A DNA stretch of 64,000 nucleotides. Origin: Marsupella aquatica. Taxonomy: Eukaryota; Plantae; Marchantiophyta. A model generated the notes under the pieces. The model searched no databases. It was not told the origin of the DNA and saw only the letters and a list, made by a program, of their open reading frames with translations. The stretch's first letter is position 1. Each line of letters starts with the position of its first letter. The stretch spans positions 8,549,480-8,613,479 of the forward strand of contig OZ316892.1 of assembly GCA_973895155.1 (NCBI GenBank), written 5' to 3'. The translations under genes and the position numbers were made by a program. Positions 55,791-64,000 of the stretch are shown here, in pieces.

Positions 55791-56015
55791 CGATTTTCCC
55801 GTTAACTTTAAGGGCCGGGGCAAGTTTTAGGGCCGGCTATCGTTAGGGTTAGTGAAATAGAGGTTCCTCTAACATAGGATGAATGCCCCATAGGCCATTA
55901 CTCAACACTTGTATAAAAAGGGTCATCACATGTTCATTTATTCATTCTTTGAAACTTGTATTCCAATGGAAGCTCATAGGTCTAAAGGAGGGAGCAAGAA
56001 TGACTTTTGTACGCG

Positions 56016-56385
56016 CATGTTTGGAGCTTCGGCTCGGCGTGTGGCATTTCGTGCAGAAATTTTCAAATCTCCCTTAACAATTTAATGATATTTGTGAGTT
56101 TTGTGATACAATTATAACGATAGAAGTATTCATGTACGCATGTTTGGAGCTTCGGCTCGATGTGTGATATTTTGCATGGTTATCGTAATTCGTCGAAAAT
56201 GTTTTCACTCAATTAGCAAATTACCGTTAAATTATAGATAGCACATACGTCGGATAGGAAAGTGAATGACTTAAAACAAAAGTAAACATTTGTGCTCATG
56301 CTTGGAGTTTAGACTCGGCATGGGATATTTCACTAATGTTTTATCTTCCTGTTTCCAAGTCGTTACTTTCAAAACAAAAATAAAA
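56016..56385 (+). repeat. Left arm of long diverged inverted repeat, with three CATGYTTGGAGCTTCGGCTCGGC motifs
   Basis: Motif at ~56016, ~56139, ~56297; colinear similarity to the reverse complement of 63660-64000. Confidence 0.85.
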
Positions 56386-56451
56386 CTATTTTTTGGTTGA
56401 GTGAAGGCATTTCACACTTATTTGTGAGTTAGTACTTCATTGTTTTCGACC

Positions 56452-59331
56452 ATGTCTTCAGATGAAGATGAGTCAGGTGACTTATCAGCCCATTCAACTC
56501 CTGTTAGACAAGGTCAAAATCCGGCGCGAGAACGTAGTGCAAAATTTTCCCCGGTATGGAAATATTTTGATCGATGTGACTCTCCGTCAAGCTGTCATGA
56601 CATCAATCGTATGTATCGAAAATGCCGGTTTTGCAAAAAATATACTACGTTCCATGCAACACGAGCAAGGGCACATTTGATGGGAAATATATACAAAGGG
56701 GATGCACCACCTTGCCTAGGACTCTATGATGTCATCGAATTGGATGACATCAATAGAATGTACAATGTGATCAAAGTGGAATCTTCTATTAGGTACAAAC
56801 GAAGCGATGGAAGTCATATACTATTGTCTGCCAGAGGTCGAAGATCGTTTATCCAAACGACAAATTCGCAAGCTTCAACTCGAGGCTCCAATCATGTTGA
56901 CGTGGAGGAGAATCCAAACATGAGTAATGCGGCTAGGGCATCAAGTCTTTCAAACCCTATTATAGATGCTTATCAAATTCCAAATAGATCATATTTGGAT
57001 AAGCTGTGGGCAAAAGCTTTTTACTCAAGTGGTATTCCGTTCAATGTCTCAGAGAATCCATTATTTCGAGAAGCAGTTGCAGAGATTTCTAAAGGAATTG
57101 TTAATGGGTATTCTCTTCCTAGTATGCGAAACCTCCGATTCAAATTGTTGGAGGAGGTCAAAGTTGATGTTGCAAAAGACATGACAAAAACCATGAAGGA
57201 GGCCAAACCTTTTGGATATACCCTTTCATCAGATGGATGGGAAAATATCCGAAGAGAACCCTTGATGAATGTCATGTTGTTGACTTGTAGAGGAGATATT
57301 TTCTTGGATAGTTGGAATGCTGCACAAGCTGATAAGAAAGATGGAAGATACCTTGGAGAGATGTGGCTGAAATATATAGACAAAATTGGCGCGGATCACA
57401 TCATACAAATTGTAACCGACGGTGCACCCGCTAATCGAGTTGGAGGTGAAGATATAGTGATGCAAAAATATCCGCATGTTACTTGGAGCTGGTGCGCTAC
57501 CCACATGTTTAATTTGTTACTAGAAGACATGTGTGGCCATAAGAAAATTGTGGTAGATGAAAGTGGACGGAATACATTCAAATTCATTTTCAAACGTTTG
57601 AGGTGGATAGTAAAAGCAGTTTCATCATCCCAAAAACTCTCCGCAATTTTTGTTCAAAAATCTGTCTACAGAAAACTGTTGAATTCAAATGCAACAAGAT
57701 TTGCGACCAATTTCTTAATGGCGCAAAGAGCATTGGAGCTAAGAGGTCCCTTGCAAGAAATGGTCATTGATGACAAATGGCATCTTTATCGTGATAGGCT
57801 TCCAGGTCACTCAAGGTCGGACGGGCACATGACGAGAGCAAAGGCAGACGAACTGAAGCAATGGATTCAACAAGATGCATTTTGGGCTCAAGTGAGTTCT
57901 ACAGTAACTTTTTTCACACCATTGGTGAAGATGCTACGTGAATTTGATGGGGACTCGCCGCAGTCAGCTTGGTTGTATTGGAGCTTGAAAAAGGGGATTG
58001 CTGATCTGGAGGCGAGCATGGAAGAATGTTCCTTAGTAATTGAGTACCTGAAACCAAGGATAAGGAAAGTGTATATGGATCGAAGGAAATCGCTTACTAA
58101 CGATTTCATGCTAGCTGCAGCATATTTGAATCCTCATTATTTCTTTGATGAAGACGAAGATGTGGGCGGAGATGCTGAGCTATGTAGAGGCTTCAATGAT
58201 TATGTTGCGAGATACGCAGAACACAGTGTGAAGCCAGGGATCAACCATGATCGTGATGTCACTAAACTTATTTTTGACATCCAAAAGCAAGCATTTGAGG
58301 CTCAAAAGAAATTGCCAAACACATCTGTTGGCATAAGAGGAGCCCAAGCAAATATTGAAAATTTCAGTCCGGGAGAGTGGTGGCATGCATATGGAGCTGA
58401 TTACAAGGATCTAAGGATCATAGCTAGGAAAATCACTCACCAACAAATGTGCGCATCATCATGCGAATGGAATTGGAGTTCGTATGGATTTATACATTCA
58501 AAAATTCGTAACAGGTTGACCAATGATCGGGCAAAAGATTTAGTCTTTGTATTCACGAATACGCGAGTGGAAAAAGGACTTACAAAGGTCCGAAACCCCC
58601 AAACGTTCATCTACAAACGTTATGATGAAAGAAGAGCAAGAAATGATGTACCTAGATCATCCCCCACTGAAGCCTTCCAGAACGAGGAGCATGATGCAAG
58701 AAGTGGGGGTCAGGGGGAGGAAGATGTCGATGATTTTGATACAATTGATGACGCCGATGAGGCGTTGCAAGGATTGTCATTGCAATGTGATAGTGAGGTA
58801 TTGACTCGTATTCCACCGGATACTGAGGATAGTAATGCGGGTGAATGGGAGGATGATACTGATTACTTGATGTTTCCTACGATTGACGAGTCTCAAGTCC
58901 AAGATGATGAGGAGTACTCATTGCATACAGGCTTTGATATGCATTCCCAACCAAACCCATGTTTCACTTTTCCAGGATTGAATGTCCATCGTGATCACCT
59001 AGCAAGTACTTCATATGCATTTCAACAAGGAAGTGACATACCAGAGCATCATTTGGAGGGAACTACTTCTGCCTTTTATGCACAACATGATCAATTACAA
59101 CGCCGAACACTACATAATGACGCACAGTGGGGACAAACAGTTACTCCAACAGTCAATGTCACGAACCCATACCCATCATACACGCATGCTCGTGTCGTTC
59201 AACAATCTCATGACAATGACGATTCGCATAATCGTTACCCATTTCCATGGGCCAATCGACATCATGAATTTGATGGACTCATGCAACGAAATCAGAACAA
59301 TATGACGAGGGATTACTCCTCACAGCCTTGA
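56452..59331 (+). CDS. hAT transposase (BED zinc finger, DUF659-type core, hAT dimerisation domain), uninterrupted ORF
   Basis: SPVWKYF..CRFCKK..RARAHL (BED); LSSDGW, IVTDGA, WCATH, ATRFATNF, AAAYLNP, EWWHAYG, SSCEWNWS, IHSKIRNRL; first ATG at 56452. Confidence 0.95.
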   Translation: MSSDEDESGDLSAHSTPVRQGQNPARERSAKFSPVWKYFDRCDSPSSCHDINRMYRKCRFCKKYTTFHATRARAHLMGNIYKGDAPPCLGLYDVIELDDINRMYNVIKVESSIRYKRSDGSHILLSARGRRSFIQTTNSQASTRGSNHVDVEENPNMSNAARASSLSNPIIDAYQIPNRSYLDKLWAKAFYSSGIPFNVSENPLFREAVAEISKGIVNGYSLPSMRNLRFKLLEEVKVDVAKDMTKTMKEAKPFGYTLSSDGWENIRREPLMNVMLLTCRGDIFLDSWNAAQADKKDGRYLGEMWLKYIDKIGADHIIQIVTDGAPANRVGGEDIVMQKYPHVTWSWCATHMFNLLLEDMCGHKKIVVDESGRNTFKFIFKRLRWIVKAVSSSQKLSAIFVQKSVYRKLLNSNATRFATNFLMAQRALELRGPLQEMVIDDKWHLYRDRLPGHSRSDGHMTRAKADELKQWIQQDAFWAQVSSTVTFFTPLVKMLREFDGDSPQSAWLYWSLKKGIADLEASMEECSLVIEYLKPRIRKVYMDRRKSLTNDFMLAAAYLNPHYFFDEDEDVGGDAELCRGFNDYVARYAEHSVKPGINHDRDVTKLIFDIQKQAFEAQKKLPNTSVGIRGAQANIENFSPGEWWHAYGADYKDLRIIARKITHQQMCASSCEWNWSSYGFIHSKIRNRLTNDRAKDLVFVFTNTRVEKGLTKVRNPQTFIYKRYDERRARNDVPRSSPTEAFQNEEHDARSGGQGEEDVDDFDTIDDADEALQGLSLQCDSEVLTRIPPDTEDSNAGEWEDDTDYLMFPTIDESQVQDDEEYSLHTGFDMHSQPNPCFTFPGLNVHRDHLASTSYAFQQGSDIPEHHLEGTTSAFYAQHDQLQRRTLHNDAQWGQTVTPTVNVTNPYPSYTHARVVQQSHDNDDSHNRYPFPWANRHHEFDGLMQRNQNNMTRDYSSQP

Positions 59332-59784
59332 TATGTTTTGTGATTACTACAAGATGATATATGTCAATTGTAATTTTTGAAGTATAATACATATTTTTTT
59401 CCCACTTTCAATGGCTTTGGTGCTTGGTTTTACTCTTGCTTGTGATTGTATCGTCGATTACAATTTTAGAGTGTTCTATATTTGAACGTATTTTTTTGAA
59501 ATAATCACCATATTATAGCAACAATCGCTGAATTCATATCTCCACGCAAAAGATTCACTGAGTGTAAAAATGAAGTAAAAATGTTTTCAACTTTCAAGGA
59601 CATGCCCATGAAAATCTCTGTGGTGCAGCCGGTACTATATATGAATAATATGATCTAATATCTAGAAACTATCCTATGCGGCCGATACTATAGAAAATGT
59701 GTATAGTACAACTAGGTAAGCGTACACTACACGATCAAAAATATATGAATATGCAAATAGCAAATATTTTGGTATCTTCCTCTC

Positions 59785-61652
59785 TCAATGCATGGTCATT
59801 TTCGCTTTCACTTCTGCTTGTTGCTGACGTCGCCGATGACGACGAATAGATCGTTGCATGTTTTGCTCGTTGGTAGTTGGTTGATTGGACTGAGCATACT
59901 CTTTCCATTCATTGAAACGACCACTGAATAACAACTTGTCAAAGTCACCATCTGACAGATTGTACTCATTGATTGTAAAGTTTTCAATGGGTGTGGAATC
60001 TATTTCCGTCATCGCCACACCGTCCTGAGTCATCTCTTCATCGTCTTGTTGTGTCTCCATTGGTGGGATTTGATTCAACAATCCTCGTTGCTCATACTCC
60101 CGTTCATGAAATGGTTTCCTACACCAATATTTTCGACTCTTCTTCATCCACCTGAATAAGCAAGCATGATGCCATAAATGTCCACAAGTTCCCAGAATGG
60201 AAACTGATTCTGGGCCCCATGGATATAAACACCAAGGACACCTTGCACCCTTTTGTCGAACAAATTCAGCCATACTTTCATCTTTCTTCCATTTATCAAA
60301 ATACTCCTCGACTGCTACCGAATCGACCTCCACATCAGGAAAAAGGTTAGATTCTAATGTAGGATCAATCATTTGAAAATTCATAAAATTGACATTGTTC
60401 AATTTTGATTTTCCTTTGCTCGATTCATTGTCCATATCAGAATTGTTCATTTGGTCTATCTCTTCTTGGAGATTTGTGATGATGAGCTTTTGTGATGCAA
60501 CTTCATCCTTCAGATTCTTTATGACTCTATTTTCTTGAAGTTGCGCTTGTTCATTGGATTGCCTTTCATTTTTGGCAACTTGACTTCGAAGCCTCTCAAT
60601 TTCTTCCATCTTGTCAAACAATTGGGCCTTGTATCGGTACATGTCTTGGACCTCACAATTGGTACCCGATGAAATAGACATCTTCTCTAGTGATTTCATC
60701 TTCAAATCACTCTCTTTTAGTTTTGACGCGTAGTAGTCAATGCTACCAGCGTCACAAAGTTCGAGACGGTAATTGACGCGAAGAATTTTCTCAATAAAAT
60801 CACCAATCTCACATCCCAACCCCTTGCAGACACTTTGCATGCAAGGAGTTCCCTTGTTGGCATCCAAAACACCCGTGTTGTTTGTTGGTAAGGTGCTACT
60901 TGGACCAATAAAAACGTTTGTTGTTGTCGTAGTGCTTTTTCCTTCTTTGATACAAGCGGCACTGCTTTCAGATTTTGTAAAGAACTGTGGGATTGCAGTC
61001 ATTTTTTGGCTCTCATTTGTATGCACCTTGTGCACTTCATCTATTTTTCGCTTGGAGCCTTTGTTGGTAGTCACAGGCATTTTATTCCTGTCACTTGTGG
61101 TGGAAAAGACTTTCAAGTGAACATTATGCACAAACTTGCCTTCGTCTGTCTCCCATCGGTAATCCACTTTCCACCTCAGGATGAATTCAACAATCAATAG
61201 TCGGATAAAAGGAGTATATATTGAACTCGTTTTCCCTTGTGCTTTTCTTGGAGCAAATTCCCTGTAACGTTGTGCCCAGTGCTGCTTCACCTCTTCATGT
61301 GTCACCTTCGACATAGTAAACTTATCTTGCAACCAAGACTTTGTGCCCCACATTTCCTCATCGCGAAAAATCATTTTGGCAAATTTTTGAAAAGCCTCCC
61401 TAGGCATCAATATTTCCAATTCTTTGGCGTTGATTGGCCATTCCATGTGAGGAGGTTTCACATCGGGTGTGAGGATATTCCATTGCACATTGGGTTTGGA
61501 CTCCTCCTTCGTCTGAGTTGCTGGAAGTTGTGGACGTCATGAAAACTGTAATTTTCGTGGTCCAAGTAAGACCCTTGACCATCTTGCATTTTAGGATCAT
61601 ATACACGATTGGCCTCATCATCCTCATCTGAACTCAAGTTCCATTTTCCCAT
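59785..61652 (-). CDS. Coiled-coil + RING-H2-like protein (transposon cargo); 5' end frameshifted or spliced
   Basis: ORF 59785-61488 has a coiled-coil stretch and CPWC..CGHLWHHAC..W..KYWC; a plausible acidic N-terminus (MGKWNLSSDEDDE) starts at 61652 in another frame. Confidence 0.75.
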
Positions 61653-61813
61653 CCTTGCAAGGTTTACAATAAAAACAAATATTTAGCATTCATTGCAACA
61701 TTCACCAAAAATAAAAAGTTTTATGAGATGATATAAAAATTTCAATTTATACCACATGATGAACATGTGATTGTTCATGTGGTAATTGAGAGAAGATAAT
61801 GGTGAAAACTAAT

Positions 61814-63474
61814 TTAATCTCTCAAATAAACACTATTTTGTGTCAACAATCTACACTCTTGAAATGTGCGAACCATCCTCAAACTCCAATGGGCACAATC
61901 CATTCTTTTGGTAGGATCAGTGGCCATCATGTCACGAATGATATTCTCTAATTTTGGACCATACACTCTAGTATTCCAACCCGCCATCAAAAATCGTGTG
62001 CTTGGCCCCATTCCATCCCAGTTTTCTGTGAGTAAAGTCTCGAACAAATTGCCTAGAGCATAGATATCAGTTGCTTCACTATACTCTGCTGGGTCAGGTC
62101 CAACAAGCTCTGGTGCCAATTGAGGGTATTGTCTTTGATAGGCAATAACTTTCTCACTTGGGGTGGACCACATTCGATTCTCTGGTAATGTACATTGTGT
62201 TTTGTGCTTGGATAACCCAAAATCACAAATTCCTACATACACTCTGATAGCAACATCATCCTCGTGATCAAAGTGAAGTAAGACATTTCCAAAATGAAGA
62301 TCACAATGTAGTCGATCGTGCTTGTGGAGAAACTGTAAGGTCTCCAACAAAGCCAAAGCAATCCCCAAGCGATGCTCCAAAAATATTTTCTTCTCGGATA
62401 TGAATCTCACATCAACCTGCACATTCCCTTGTGACTTCCCCTTGCTTTTACCCCATTTTCCACACTTATCCATGAAGCTTCCCAAGTCACCTCCATTGTA
62501 AAAATCATAGATAAGTTTGGGTGGAAATTCGATGGTCATTGCCAAGGCCCCAATAACTCCCTTATGATTCAAACCCCCCATTAGCACTTCTTGTAACGCA
62601 TCTTTTATCCTCTTGTGCCGATCTCCATCTTTGAATCTTTTTGCCACTAGCTTCACATTTCGAGGAATGAGTGGGCAATCCAAGATATGGCACAAGAACA
62701 CCTGCCCTTGGCTGCCACTCCCAATGCGATGTAAATTCTTCACTTGTTCCATCCTCAAAAAGTGAATACTCCTTACTGCTGGAACAACACGTGATGGTCT
62801 TGTACCTCTTTGGTGCCCTTCAACACCAAGTTCCCCAAATTGCACGACCTTATTTGCATATTTGACATTACTTTCTGTTCTGGCCATTCCTAACTCATTG
62901 CTCCATTTTAGACACAATTCTCTTTTGTGTCTATGGAGGGCAGGATTTCCAAGGAATATGGACTCAGCCCCCCCAAATTGGCTACCAACTTGTCCCACAG
63001 GTTCACAGCCAAGTTCAGTGCCAATTGCTCAACAAATCCTTGAGGCTTCTCAGCCTCGCGTTGAAATTGCTGAATCTGTTCTCGTGTCATGTCCTCTTCC
63101 TTCTCTACGGTTTGGCGCATGCAACGCACCATGTCATTTTGAAAGTTTTTGTATCCCTGTTCTCCATGTAAGGTATACTTCCTTTCAAACCTATCATGCT
63201 CATACTATTCCGGTTGGGTGTAGGGATATACTATATCCTTCCAAATGGCCAATAACACATTTTGTCGATGGTTGATGTCGATGGTTGTTTGAGCAGCCCC
63301 TCCTCTTTGTTTTCGCTTCCCTGCTATTTTGGCTTTTCTACTAAACCCTAAGATTTTGTGCGCATTCCTCAAGGCATTCAGGGCATTCGCATCTGGTTCC
63401 AATCCATTGCTCAGCATGGTACTCATCACCTCCATCAACTGCCTATATTCTACACCTACATCCGGGTTGGCCAT
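61814..63474 (-). pseudogene. Atypical protein kinase (transposon cargo); kinase domain ORF intact at 61814-62998, N-terminal extension carries one stop and one frameshift
   Basis: GSGSQGQV, VAKRF, alphaC E (LQEV), HCDLHFGN, DFG, APE, TDIYALG, PTKR; upstream ORFs 63205-63495 and 62908-63132 share a frame, separated by TAG at 63205-63207; frame switch fits the C7 run at 62968-62974. Confidence 0.8.
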
Positions 63475-63659
63475 GTTCCCGCGACACCAGAACAAAGAGT
63501 ATCAAAAGGAGTAGAAACTTACGATGCGTATTGGCTAGGAGGCGAGGTACTGATGCGGTGTGTACAACCAAGCTGCAATAGGAACTCCTGGAAAATCATG
63601 CGTGGTACACCTTGTCACGGGAGGGTCACGGGATAGTCACGAGATATATTTGTTTTTTT

Positions 63660-64000
63660 TCATTCATTATTATTATTGTGAATGTAACAACTGCAAAGGG
63701 GAAAGATAACTCTTGTGAAATACCCCACGCCGAGCCGAGGCTCCAAGCATGGGCACAAATGATATCCTATCCTTTCAGTTATTAACATTCCTGCTTCAAA
63801 TCTATGTGATAACTATAGTTTAGATACCATTTGTGAGGGAAGTGAAATCGTTCACGAGGAGTCGTAATATCCATGCAAAATATCACATGCCGAGCCGAAG
63901 CTCCAGGCAAGCGTACATGAATGTCTCTATCCTCGCAAACTTTCCACTAATTCCACAAATGACACTAAACTGTTAAGGCGATATTAGATTTTCCCATACG
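63660..64000 (-). repeat. Right arm of long diverged inverted repeat (truncated by window end)
   Basis: GCCGAGCCGAGGCTCCAAGCATG (~63729) and GCCGAGCCGAAGCTCCAGGCAAGCGTACATGAAT (~63889) mirror 56297 and 56128-56160; spacers also align by eye. Confidence 0.85.

Larger units (their letters stand above)
55207..64000 (+). mobile_element. Large hAT element with cargo genes (right end beyond the window)
   Basis: Subterminal array, hAT transposase, two convergent ORFs, and a colinear inverted copy of 56050-56385 at 63660-64000. Confidence 0.75.

Noticed and set aside
54876-55846. Cluster of long Pro/Gly/Arg-rich ORFs on both strands
   Set aside because: By-products of the stop-free GGGCC array; no coding signature.
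62968-62974. Programmed ribosomal frameshift in the kinase gene
   Set aside because: Not a canonical slippery heptamer, and an independent in-frame stop lies upstream; a homopolymer indel is simpler.

Overview
Eukaryotic, land-plant-type genomic DNA (spliceosomal GT-AG introns, plant gene families; a non-seed plant is my guess, not proven). Two intact convergent host genes were reconstructed exon by exon: an NDR/NDL (SF21-like) alpha/beta-hydrolase-fold gene (+, 41272-47392, 7 exons, 350 aa) and a sphingomyelin-synthase-like/PLM-family gene (-, 49846-53173, 4 exons, 434 aa). The left half is transposon-rich. A ZNF862/C17orf113-type hAT element (15832-23742, TIRs and 8-bp TSD visible) has its transposase split by a 3.8-kb TG...CA insertion with a 5-bp TSD, which looks like a solo LTR yet carries a >600-codon ORF. 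The most interesting object starts near 55.2 kb and runs off the window. It is a second hAT element with a G-rich subterminal array and an uninterrupted BED/DUF659-type transposase, followed by two convergently oriented cargo genes: a coiled-coil/RING-H2 protein and an atypical HCDLHxxN protein kinase. The three genes sit between long diverged inverted repeats, a MuDR-like layout. All family assignments come from motif recognition by eye; no database searches were run.
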